DNA from: an uncultured Planctomycetales bacterium
Lineage (GTDB): Bacteria; Planctomycetota; MHYJ01; JACPRB01
DNA length: 64,000 nt
Assembly: GCA_964468745.1 (NCBI GenBank)
Contig: CAYXVY010000140.1
Coordinates: 5,945-69,944 of the forward strand
Reading direction: 5' to 3'
The number at the start of each line of letters is the position of its first letter. Within the stretch, counting starts at the first letter, position 1. The translations under genes and the position numbers were made by a program. Of the stretch, positions 55,939 to 64,000 are shown in pieces. The notes beneath the pieces are model-generated. The model saw nothing but the letters and a program-made list of their open reading frames with translations. It had not been told where the DNA came from and did no database searches.

Positions 55939-56005
55939 GGCTCCTCCGTTGACATACTGTACGTCCGAACCCGCACCGTAGGCTCGTCGCTATAATTCGC
56001 TGCCA

Positions 56006-58588
56006 ATGCGTCGATCGAAGCTCGCCCGCCGGAGCCTCCTCGCCCTCCTCTATATAGTGTGGGGCGCGGCGGTCGCCTGGTTCTCGATCCTCCCCGCCGC
56101 CCTGCGCGCCGGCTTCCTGCACGCGACGATCGAAAGGAAGGTGGGCGAAGCCCTCGGTTGCGCCGTGCGCCTTGGGCAGATCGACTTTCCGAATGGGCGG
56201 GAGCTGACGGTCCGAGGAACCACGATCACGCCATCCATGCCGGGGCTCGGCGCCGTCGAAATCGAATCGGTCCGCGTCTCCTTTGCAGGGCTCGCCCCGC
56301 TGTCGGAGCTGAGCGAGATCGCGATCGACGGCGTGAAGGCGCGCGTCGATCTGGCCGTCGATCACCTCAAACCGACGGCCGCGCCGCCGGGCGCCCCGCC
56401 TTCCACCCCCATCCGGCTTGCCGTGCCGCGAACGCTGCCGACGATCCGCGCAACGCGCGTGTCGATCGACGGCACCGTCGGGGGCGAGGCCGTCTCCCTG
56501 CGGGAGCTCGACGTGCGGCTCGAGCGCGACGGCTCATTCGCCGGCACCGGCAGGCTCGCGACGTCGTCCGATCCCGAAATCGACGTCCGCGGTTCGATCA
56601 CGGATGGGCGAGTGCGGTTCGACCGCCTGAAGATAGGCACGCTCTCCGCGAAGGCCGGCCTCGCAACGCCCGGGGACAAGGACATGACGGGCAACTTCGC
56701 TATAGACTCGTTCAAAATACCGCGCGCGCTGCAGTCCGTCCTCGAAGGCGTCACGGGAGTGAAGGCGCGCGGCCTGGTGACGACGAGTCTCGCATTTACG
56801 CTGGACGGCACGCGCCTCGCATCGCTCGAGTTCGAAGGCGAGCTCGTGAACTACGAGGTCGAGAAGTCTGGCGTGCGCGTGGCGCACAAGAAGGACCGCA
56901 CACGCGTGAAGCTCTCGGTGACAACGCACCCCGCGGGAGGCTGGGCGGCGACGGGCACGCTCAGCGACGTCGAGGTGCAGCTCGGCGGCGGGTTCGTCCT
57001 GCACTTCCCGCAGGCTGCATACGATGCGCACATCGACGGCGGCCGATCCGCCGGCACGATCCGCTTCGCCGACGCCTTCTGCTCGCAGGGCGAGTTCGAG
57101 TCGAGCCGCACGGAAGGGGACCTCGCGTTCGACGTGACGCGCGACGCCGAGAATCGGGTCTTCACCGGATCGACGCGCCTGACGCTGCGTCACGCGGAGA
57201 TGCTCAGGGGCGAGATCTACCAGGAAGTGGACAAGGATCACGTGCTCGAGCTGCTCCTTGCGGGCCGTTTCGACATCGAGGCCGGCAACTACGAATTCAG
57301 GGGGACCGGCGCGTCGCTCGGAGGCGTCGGGAAGATCTCGCTGGACGGAAGCGTGCGCCGCGGCGGGAACGGATTCGTCTACGACGTCGGTATCGAGACC
57401 GATGACCTGTCCGCGAAGGAGCTCGCCGCGCGTCTCGCCGCGATGTACTCGATCGAGGATATCACGATGGCAGGGCGCATCCGAGCGAAGGCGCGCCTGA
57501 CGGGGGAGGCGGGGGAGTACGCGCTCGACGGTCGCGCGACGCTCATCGACGTCGCGATCCGGAAGGGCCCGCTCGCGATTGCGAAGCTCGAGGGGGAGAT
57601 CCCGCTGATGATCTCGAAGCGTCGCGATTTCGACCGCACGGAGCGGGGCTGGATCTCGTTCGAGGACCTCGTGCCGATGAAGGGGATCTCGCTCGGCAAG
57701 CGCCGGCTCGAGGCGGTCGCGCGCACGAATTCGCTGCGGTTCCCCGACACGATATCGTTCGATCTTTTCGGCGGGCGCGCCACGCTCGGTGAGATTGCGA
57801 TCTGGGACATCGCGAACAGCCCGCACTACGACTTGAAGTGCGGCGCGACGGACATCGACCTGACCCTCCTCGTCAAGTCGTTCGGAAGCGACCGCCGCTT
57901 GAAGGGGAGCGCCTCCATCGAACACGGCCCGGTCCTGATCTCGATGCAGCAGGTCACGATCCTGAAGCCCCTGAGGTTGTCGATTTTCGAGGGGATGGCC
58001 GAGTTCCAGCACATCCGCGTCCTCAAGCCGGCGGACCCGGTGCACCGCGCGTACCAGATGGGATTCGTGGCGGGCGGGCTGCGGCTGCGCGACATCTGCC
58101 GCACGATGACGGAGTTCGGCGCCATCGACGGCGTTGCGGACGCGCAGGGGATGATCGAGCTGCACACGAGCGGCCTACCAAACTGGTTCCAGATCCAGAT
58201 GCGCACGGTAAAACGCGACGGCGTGGAGCAGATGTGCGACCTGAAGGCGATCCGGGCGCTCGCGCGGGTCATGAGCGGGGAGGACATCGCGGCGCGGCTG
58301 CAGGAGCTGCGGACCGACAAGCTGTACTACGACAAGTTCGGGTTCTTCGCGGCGATGGACGTGGACTTCTCGCTCTACCTGCGCGGCTTCTGGTGGCAGC
58401 CGCGGGGATCGAGCACCTTCACGGAGGTCCCGATCGAGGATCTGAAAGTGGGCAAGCGGCCGAAGACGCCGGGGCTCGAGTTCCTCATGGTGGGCACGGG
58501 GCGTCAGCAGGTAAACATGAACATCGCGAACCCGGGCGTCGGGATCGACTTCAACGATCTGCTCGACAGATTCAAGAAAGTTAAATGA
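56006..58588 (+). CDS. Large AsmA-family / YdbH-like envelope protein with N-terminal membrane anchor
   Basis: 860 aa. N-terminal TM (LLALLYIVWGAAVAWFSIL), then a long beta-rich periplasmic region. Followed by a YdbL-like gene, as in the ydbH-ynbE-ydbL arrangement. Confidence 0.5.
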   Translation: MRRSKLARRSLLALLYIVWGAAVAWFSILPAALRAGFLHATIERKVGEALGCAVRLGQIDFPNGRELTVRGTTITPSMPGLGAVEIESVRVSFAGLAPLSELSEIAIDGVKARVDLAVDHLKPTAAPPGAPPSTPIRLAVPRTLPTIRATRVSIDGTVGGEAVSLRELDVRLERDGSFAGTGRLATSSDPEIDVRGSITDGRVRFDRLKIGTLSAKAGLATPGDKDMTGNFAIDSFKIPRALQSVLEGVTGVKARGLVTTSLAFTLDGTRLASLEFEGELVNYEVEKSGVRVAHKKDRTRVKLSVTTHPAGGWAATGTLSDVEVQLGGGFVLHFPQAAYDAHIDGGRSAGTIRFADAFCSQGEFESSRTEGDLAFDVTRDAENRVFTGSTRLTLRHAEMLRGEIYQEVDKDHVLELLLAGRFDIEAGNYEFRGTGASLGGVGKISLDGSVRRGGNGFVYDVGIETDDLSAKELAARLAAMYSIEDITMAGRIRAKARLTGEAGEYALDGRATLIDVAIRKGPLAIAKLEGEIPLMISKRRDFDRTERGWISFEDLVPMKGISLGKRRLEAVARTNSLRFPDTISFDLFGGRATLGEIAIWDIANSPHYDLKCGATDIDLTLLVKSFGSDRRLKGSASIEHGPVLISMQQVTILKPLRLSIFEGMAEFQHIRVLKPADPVHRAYQMGFVAGGLRLRDICRTMTEFGAIDGVADAQGMIELHTSGLPNWFQIQMRTVKRDGVEQMCDLKAIRALARVMSGEDIAARLQELRTDKLYYDKFGFFAAMDVDFSLYLRGFWWQPRGSSTFTEVPIEDLKVGKRPKTPGLEFLMVGTGRQQVNMNIANPGVGIDFNDLLDRFKKVK

Positions 58589-58700
58589 TGAGTTCTGGGT
58601 TTTGAGTCGTGAGTCGGACCGGCCTCTGATCACTCATAACTCAAAACTCATAACTCGCTGCGTCGTGTATACTCAGACCCCACTTATCTAGGAGAGCGTC

Positions 58701-59303
58701 ATGTTGCGTAGCCTTGCGTTGTCCGCTGCGATCGCTTTTGGCGCAGCCTGTATTCCCGTGACCGTCAACCTCACGTTCGCCTTCCCGCCCAAGGAGATGG
58801 AGCAGAAGCTCATCGACATGGAGAAGAAGGTGCGCGAGGTGGAGGACAAGCCGAAGAGCCCCGCGGCCGCGTTCGATCCCGTGGCGGATCAAGACCAGGG
58901 GGTAAACATCACCGTCGAGACCCCTGCCATCAAGGAGATCAACGAGCGTCGCAAGAAGCGCGCGGGCGAACTCAAGGGACACTTCGAGGCCGGGCGCGTC
59001 GGCGAAGGGAACGACGCCCGAGTCACCGAGCGCGAGACGGGCGATCTCGCCGGCAAGGACAAGGCCGCGTTCAAGAAGCTCGTGAATGCGGAGAACGACG
59101 ACCGCGAGAATCTCGTCAAGGAGATCCTGAAGGCCAACAAGCTCGCCGACGATCAGCTTGGCAACGTTCGCGGTATCTATGCCCGGGCACTGCGCAAGGT
59201 CGCCGCGGTCGGCTGGTGGTTCCAGACGGCCAAAGGGACCTGGCTCAAGAAAACCGCGGAGCACCAGAAAAAACTCGAGAAAGATGAGGAAATCGACCAG
59301 TAA
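58701..59303 (+). CDS. YdbL-like (DUF1318) periplasmic protein, possibly with an N-terminal YnbE-like lipoprotein segment
   Basis: C-terminal half GRVGEGNDARVTERE...LVNAENDDRENLVKEILKAN...GIYARALRKVAAVGWWFQTAKGTWLKK matches the YdbL pattern (G.VGE...N..R...Y...A...G.W.Q...G.W.K). N-terminus has a signal/lipobox-like GAAC and IPVTVNLTF. Good SD (AGGAGA). Confidence 0.5.
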   Translation: MLRSLALSAAIAFGAACIPVTVNLTFAFPPKEMEQKLIDMEKKVREVEDKPKSPAAAFDPVADQDQGVNITVETPAIKEINERRKKRAGELKGHFEAGRVGEGNDARVTERETGDLAGKDKAAFKKLVNAENDDRENLVKEILKANKLADDQLGNVRGIYARALRKVAAVGWWFQTAKGTWLKKTAEHQKKLEKDEEIDQ

Positions 59304-59348
59304 CCGTCGTTCAATAGAGCGGAGGACGGTTTACCCAAGGGAGATCTC

Positions 59349-60080
59349 ATGAGGGCTCTGGCTGTCGGTCTGGCTCTCGCGCTCGCCCTTCCCGCATTCG
59401 CGGACGAGGTCGTTCTCCGAAACGGTTCGCGCTTTGAAGGCAAGGTCAAGGAGAACGGCGACCAGGTCGTGGTCGTCATGGACTTCGGCGAGATCGCCTT
59501 CAACCGCAGCGATGTGGTGAAGATCATTCCGGGGAAGTCGTCGATCCAGGAATTCGACAGCAAGGTTACGGAGCTCAAGAGCGACGAGATCGAGGGGCGC
59601 CTCAAGCTCGCGATGTGGGCGAAGAATCGCGACTTGAACAACCGCGCGAAGGCGCTCCTGGAGGAGATTCTCGTCATCAATCCGGATCATGCGGGCGCGC
59701 GCGCCGAGCTCGGGTACACGAAGGTTGAGGGTCGCTGGCTCACGGCGGACGAAGCGAAGGCCGCGCAGGGGCTCGTCAAGTTCCGCGGCGCGTGGGTGAA
59801 GCAGTCGGAGGCCGAGGCGGTGCTCCAGCGCGAGGCCGACCGTTCGGTGGAGGCGGCGCGCGACATGGAACTCGTCACGGCGCAGCGCAGGTTGCTCGAG
59901 GCCGAGGCGGACTACGTCAAGGCGAAGGCCGAAGGCGAGCGCGTGCGCACCGAGATCGAACGCGTGAAGCAGGAGTCGGCGCGGCGCTGGGTTCCGATCA
60001 TGGTCTGGTACGTCAACGACGCGCGTATTCCCGCGGCGCACCACGGCTGCGCGAGCAAGACACCCGTACTGAAGAAATAG
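59349..60080 (+). CDS. Secreted hypothetical protein
   Basis: Signal peptide MRALAVGLALALALPAFA, then a coiled-coil-rich C-terminus. Confidence 0.45.
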   Translation: MRALAVGLALALALPAFADEVVLRNGSRFEGKVKENGDQVVVVMDFGEIAFNRSDVVKIIPGKSSIQEFDSKVTELKSDEIEGRLKLAMWAKNRDLNNRAKALLEEILVINPDHAGARAELGYTKVEGRWLTADEAKAAQGLVKFRGAWVKQSEAEAVLQREADRSVEAARDMELVTAQRRLLEAEADYVKAKAEGERVRTEIERVKQESARRWVPIMVWYVNDARIPAAHHGCASKTPVLKK

Positions 60081-60122
60081 CGGATTGTGTTCTGGGGGCG
60101 GTTTTTGTCAGGAGGCGGACTC

Positions 60123-60989
60123 ATGCGGACTCTGGCAGCAATAGTGGCGCTGACGCTCGGCGGCGCGGCGCTCGCGCAAGACAAGCCCGACGAAGCCAAG
60201 AAGCAGGCGGAGAAGGATGCCGAGACGAAGGCCAAGGCCACGCTCGACAATTTCAGAAACGCGACCAAGAAGGCCAAGGTGAGCGACGATTTCATCGCCG
60301 CCCTCAACGGCCTCGGCGACGAGCCGCATGCCCTCATCCTCGCGGAGCTCAAGATCTGGCTGGGCAAGCCCGCACCGGAGGTCCGCCAGGAGGCCGCCGA
60401 CGAGATCGGCAAGTTCAAGGGGGACGAGAAGGCCGCCCAGACCCTCATCAACTGCGCGAAGGGCGATAAGATGCTCGACGTGCAGGTGAAGTGCCTGCTC
60501 GAGGTCGGCAAGATCGGCTGCCGTAAGATCGCGAAGGACCTGCACGGGTTCTGGCAGCACAAGGAGCTCGACATCGCGCGCGAGGCGCTCGACTCCACCG
60601 GCGCCTGCAAGGCGAAGGACTCGATCGAGCCGCTCATCCGCTTCCTCGAGGAGAAGGAGGCGGAGAAGGCTCAGCTCGCTCAGCAACAGCAACAGCAGCA
60701 GTCCGGTGGCAGCGGCGGCGGCAGCAGCAGCGGCGGCGGCAGCTACGGACCGACGACCCCGGGTCCCGTCACCACGAACCAGAACAACGACCTCGCCGAC
60801 AAGATCAAGCGCGTGGACGAGCTCATCCCGCGCGCGGTGCAGGCCCTGCAGGACATCAGCGGCGAGAAGTTCAAGATGGCCAAGGAGTGGAAGAAGTGGT
60901 GGGGCAAGAGCAAGCAGTTCTTCAAGGAAGAGGGCGAAGAACCCAAGAAGGAAGAAAAGAAAGAAGAGAAAAAGGAAGATAAGAAATAG
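60123..60989 (+). CDS. Secreted HEAT/ARM-like repeat protein with Gln/Gly/Ser linker and Lys/Glu-rich C-terminal tail (paralog A of a tandem family)
   Basis: SD AGGAGG 7 nt before ATG 60123. Signal peptide. Conserved ...DDFIAALNGLGDEPHALILAELKIWLGKP...EEIGKFKGDEKAA.... Tail ...KKEEKKEEKKEDKK. Confidence 0.6.
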   Translation: MRTLAAIVALTLGGAALAQDKPDEAKKQAEKDAETKAKATLDNFRNATKKAKVSDDFIAALNGLGDEPHALILAELKIWLGKPAPEVRQEAADEIGKFKGDEKAAQTLINCAKGDKMLDVQVKCLLEVGKIGCRKIAKDLHGFWQHKELDIAREALDSTGACKAKDSIEPLIRFLEEKEAEKAQLAQQQQQQQSGGSGGGSSSGGGSYGPTTPGPVTTNQNNDLADKIKRVDELIPRAVQALQDISGEKFKMAKEWKKWWGKSKQFFKEEGEEPKKEEKKEEKKEDKK

Positions 60990-61010
60990 GCGGGATCTCT
61001 GGGGAGGACT

Positions 61011-61856
61011 ATGACGATGCGGATGCTTGTGGCGCTGCTGCTTCTGAGCGGGCTGACCTACGCGCAGGATGACCCGAAGAAGCAGGCCGAGAAGGAAGCC
61101 GAGGCGAAGGCCAAGGAGAAGATCGACGCCTTCAAGGCGACGGTCAAGAAGGCCAAGACGAACGACGACTTCATCGGGGCCATCGACGGCCTCGGCGACA
61201 TGCAGCACCCCCTCATCCTGGCGGAGCTGAAGGCCTGGCTCGGCAAGCCCACGCCGGAGATCCGGCAGGCCGCGGCCGAGGAGATCGGCAAGTTCAAGGG
61301 GGACGAGAAGGCCGCCTCCGCGCTCTGCATGATGGCCAAGAACGACAAGATCCCCGACGTCGCGATCAAGTGCCTCCTCGAGATGGGCAAGATCGCATGC
61401 AAGAAGACCGCCAGGGAGCTCGTCGGCTTCTTCGCGCGCAAGGAGTGGGAGGTCGCCCGCGAGGCGGTCGACTCCTGCGCCGCGATCAAGAGCAAGACGG
61501 TCATCTCGCCCCTGATCACCTTCCTCGAGGACCTCGAGACGGAGAAGGAGCGCGTCAAGCAGGCCCAGAATTCGCAGCAGGCGGGCGGCCAGGGAGGCCA
61601 GCTGCCGGGCGGCGGCGGGCAGCTCCCCGGCGGCCAGGCCGGCGGCACGAACTCGCAGACCGACCTGCAGGACCGCCAGAAGCGCGTCGACGAGCTCATC
61701 CCGCGCGTCGTTCAGGCTCTCAAGGACATCACCGATGAGAAGCTGAACACCGCCAAGGAATGGCGCAAGTACGAGATGAAGAACCGCGGGTTCTTCAAGG
61801 ACGACGAGGAGAAGAAGGACGACAAGAAGGAAGAAAAGAAGGACGAGAAGAAGTAG
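61011..61856 (+). CDS. Paralog B of the secreted Lys/Glu-tailed family
   Basis: About 55-60% identical by eye to paralog A (DDFIGAIDGLGDMQHPLILAELKAWLGKP...). Tail KKDDKKEEKKDEKK. Confidence 0.6.
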   Translation: MTMRMLVALLLLSGLTYAQDDPKKQAEKEAEAKAKEKIDAFKATVKKAKTNDDFIGAIDGLGDMQHPLILAELKAWLGKPTPEIRQAAAEEIGKFKGDEKAASALCMMAKNDKIPDVAIKCLLEMGKIACKKTARELVGFFARKEWEVAREAVDSCAAIKSKTVISPLITFLEDLETEKERVKQAQNSQQAGGQGGQLPGGGGQLPGGQAGGTNSQTDLQDRQKRVDELIPRVVQALKDITDEKLNTAKEWRKYEMKNRGFFKDDEEKKDDKKEEKKDEKK

Positions 61857-62098
61857 TCGAAACGGAGATCAACACGCCCCCGGTTCCACCGAGCCGGGGG
61901 CTTTTTTGTTGGCCGAGCAAACAGAGAAGTAGGAAAACACCGAGAAAGCCGAGTCATCCGAGAGGCGATCTTGGATGGGACGGGAGAACTCCCCAAGTCC
62001 TCTCGGTTTTCTCGGATCTCTCGGTGTTGATCCGCTCGGGTTCCTCTTTCTCCCTCTATTCTCTCACGCCGCAGTTTACAGCCTCTCGGAGGTGCCTC

Positions 62099-62881
62099 AT
62101 GCGGCGAGTCTGGATCGTGGTCGCCACGGTGTGCGTCGCATCGAGCGCCTGGGCGCAACAGGACGCGAAGGCCGAGGAGAAGGCGGCCGAGGAACGCGCG
62201 AAGGCGCGCCTCGTCGAGTTCCGCAAGAGCCTTCGCAAGTGTCAGGAAACCGACCACTTCGTCGACGCGCTCGCCGGACTCGCCAACGAGCCGCACGCCC
62301 TCATCCTCGCCGAGCTCAAGCTCTGGCTCGCCAAGCCGCAGTATGAAATCCGGCTCAAGGCGGCCGAGGAGATCTCGAAGTTCACCGGCGACGGCAAGGC
62401 TTCCGCAACGCTCATCGCCGCCGCCGTCACGGAAAAGGAGACCGGCGTCGCCACCGCCTATCTTGACCGCCTCCTCGAGATCCGCCATCGCGCGTCCGTA
62501 CGGAATCTCGCGCCCCTCTTCAACCACAGGGAGAAGATCGTCGCCCAGAAGGCGACCGAGATCGCAGGCGCGTTCCGAACGAAGGACGCCGTCGAGCTTC
62601 TCATCGGCCAGCTGTTCAAGCTCGAGGGGGACCGCAAGAAGCACACCACGCAGGACTCCAGCGGCATCAACAACGGACCGGACTTCGGCACTTCGGCCTA
62701 CGGCCAGCAGGCGGGCGCCATGGAGTCAGCGGCCAAGCGCATCGAGGACATGATCACGTGCACGCGCCAGGCGCTGCTCACCCTCACGAAGCAGCCGTAC
62801 ATGAGCTCGATGCAATACAAGGAATGGTGGGCGAAGGCCAAGACGACGTGGAAGGAACCTGATCCGGAGGATGAAGACTAA
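62099..62881 (+). CDS. Paralog C of the secreted family (no poly-Lys tail)
   Basis: Signal peptide, HFVDALAGLANEPHALILAELKLWLAKP. Ends ...KEPDPEDED. Confidence 0.55.
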   Translation: MRRVWIVVATVCVASSAWAQQDAKAEEKAAEERAKARLVEFRKSLRKCQETDHFVDALAGLANEPHALILAELKLWLAKPQYEIRLKAAEEISKFTGDGKASATLIAAAVTEKETGVATAYLDRLLEIRHRASVRNLAPLFNHREKIVAQKATEIAGAFRTKDAVELLIGQLFKLEGDRKKHTTQDSSGINNGPDFGTSAYGQQAGAMESAAKRIEDMITCTRQALLTLTKQPYMSSMQYKEWWAKAKTTWKEPDPEDED

Positions 62882-63076
62882 ATGAAACTTTCACTTGCGA
62901 TTGCAGTAGCGCTCTTCGTCGGCCTCGCGCAGGTCGACGCCCACGGTCAGTGATGCGGCAGTTCGGGCGGGGGCGGATCCGCTCCCGCGGCGCCGACCGG
63001 CGGCGGCAGCCCGACCGGCGGGGGCGGCGGCGAGAAGAGCGGGGGCTCCAAGTCCAGCGGCAGCTCCGGCGGGCAG

Positions 63077-63712
63077 ATGTACGACGCGCTCATCGTCCCG
63101 GAGGAGTGCATCACGCTCCGGTACTACCCGGGCGAGATCGACGTCGCGGTCGTCAAGCCCGCGCTCCAGCGCATCAAGAACGTCGCCAAGGTAGACGTCG
63201 ACGCGTCGCTGCGGCTGATCCTCGTCACCTGGAAGGGCAAGTGCAAGGGGATCCACCAGCTCGAGAGCGCGGCAGCCGCCGCGGGCGTGCCGGCGTACCT
63301 CCTCAACCACGCGCATGTCACCGCGACGCTCAAGACGAATCGCGGCTCGAACCTCAACACCCTCTGGTACGGACTGAATGACGTCGCGGGCGTGAAGGGG
63401 TCGATCATCACAGGCGCGCAAGTCGAGATCCACTGCGACCTGCAGGATCTCTCGATCACGGGCATCCGCAAGGCGGCAAAGGAAGCCAACGTGGAAGTCG
63501 AATTCACGTCGCATCATTGGATCGAGCCCACGCTCTCCGGCGGCGACGTCGAACGCGCCTGTCGCGAGGTCGGACAGCTGAAAGGCGTGGTCCTCGCACG
63601 GGTGACGAACGAGAAGCTCGGCTTCTGGGCAATCAAGTCCGTGAAGGACGATCAGCTCAAGGCCGCCGTCGAGCGCTCCGGCTCAACCTGCACCGCGCTC
63701 GAGCGGAAGTAG
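63077..63712 (+). CDS. Hypothetical protein with three ~60-aa internal repeats; possibly the mature part of a secreted protein whose signal peptide (62882-62950) is separated by an in-frame TGA
   Basis: Track ORF 63077..63712. Upstream in the same frame reads MKLSLAIAVALFVGLAQVDAHGQ-TGA-CGSSGGGGSAPAAPTGGGSPTGGGGGEKSGGSKSSGSSGGQ-MYDAL..., with no other stop. Confidence 0.4.
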   Translation: MYDALIVPEECITLRYYPGEIDVAVVKPALQRIKNVAKVDVDASLRLILVTWKGKCKGIHQLESAAAAAGVPAYLLNHAHVTATLKTNRGSNLNTLWYGLNDVAGVKGSIITGAQVEIHCDLQDLSITGIRKAAKEANVEVEFTSHHWIEPTLSGGDVERACREVGQLKGVVLARVTNEKLGFWAIKSVKDDQLKAAVERSGSTCTALERK

Positions 63713-63777
63713 TCGTTCTGCGCACCGATTCCCGCCCAAGCGGTGTCATAGTATAAAGCGGGTTTCGGAGGGGTGCA

Positions 63778-64000
63778 TGGCACGGATCGGGTGTATCGTC
63801 TCTCTTCTTCTGTGCGCGTCGACGGCTTATGCGCAGTCGCCGGAGGAGAAGGCGGCCGAGGAGAAAGCCAAGGCGCGTATCGCCGAGTTCAAGAAGTCGC
63901 TCGGCAAGTGCCGCGCGGCCGAAGATTACGTCGCCGCGCTCGACGGCCTGGGCAGCGAGCCGCACCCCTTGATCCTCAAGGAGTTGCTGATCTGGCTCGC
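63778..64000 (+). CDS. Paralog D of the secreted family (5' part; continues beyond the window)
   Basis: MARIGCIVSLLLCASTAYAQSPEEKAAEEKAKARIAEFKKSLGKC...YVAALDGLGSEPHPLILKELLIWL. Confidence 0.55.

Noticed and set aside
62951-62953. Selenocysteine interpretation of the in-frame TGA
   Set aside because: No convincing SECIS-like hairpin with the usual spacing could be identified, and no selenoprotein-family context is evident. Kept only as a low-probability alternative in the finding; sequencing error or pseudogene is more likely.
1-64000. Search for IS elements/transposases, integrases, tRNA or rRNA genes flanking the AT-richer blocks
   Set aside because: No transposase/integrase-like ORFs (DDE, tyrosine recombinase motifs) and no tRNA-like cloverleaf candidates were found by eye in the intergenic regions. 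The acquired blocks have no recognisable mobile-element boundaries. Absence should be confirmed with tRNAscan/ISfinder.

Overview
Very GC-rich bacterial chromosomal segment (by eye about 70% G+C). Codon third positions are strongly G/C-biased, and long arginine-rich ORFs on the non-coding strands are artefacts of composition. No rRNA, tRNA, CRISPR array or transposase was recognised. After two housekeeping genes at the left edge (pgsA, rimO), most of the window (about 2.5-51.6 kb) is one large cell-surface glycan biosynthesis locus. It holds about 17 glycosyltransferase genes, including GT4+GT2, GT2+GT4, tandem GT2, GT2+GT-C and GT4+sulfotransferase fusions. It also holds a WbaP-like initiating phosphotransferase, both an ABC exporter (Wzm/Wzt) and a Wzx-like flippase, and GDP-deoxyhexose genes (gmd, fcl, an Rmd-like reductase). 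Two sulfotransferase domains sit next to a dedicated PAPS-synthesis pair (cysD + fused cysNC, NodPQ-like), and there are two or three methyltransferases. This predicts a sulfated, methylated, deoxyhexose-containing polysaccharide, and parts of the locus (5.8-9.3 kb, 24.8-27.3 kb, 43.6-44.5 kb) are visibly AT-richer and look horizontally acquired. Embedded in it are an ECF sigma factor, a 42-bp x8 tandem-repeat Thr-rich protein and a Zn-ribbon Ser/Thr kinase, followed by a ParDE-like toxin-antitoxin pair, and a retropepsin-like protease with a small partner protein. The right end (52-64 kb) encodes envelope proteins: a YdbH/AsmA-like protein with a YdbL-like partner, and a tandem family of at least four secreted paralogs with Lys/Glu-rich tails. 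Non-coding features include a roughly 173-bp tandem repeat array directly upstream of wzm. There are two copies of an approximately 200-bp palindromic element whose central 22-27-bp stem is perfectly paired but differs in sequence between copies; one copy lies between cysD and cysNC. A family of short inverted-repeat elements built from 7-9-nt periodic motifs recurs in intergenic DNA. Many genes have TATAAT/TAGACT-type -10 boxes 6-13 nt upstream of the start codon, so transcripts look leaderless. All functional calls are from motif recognition by eye, not database searches.
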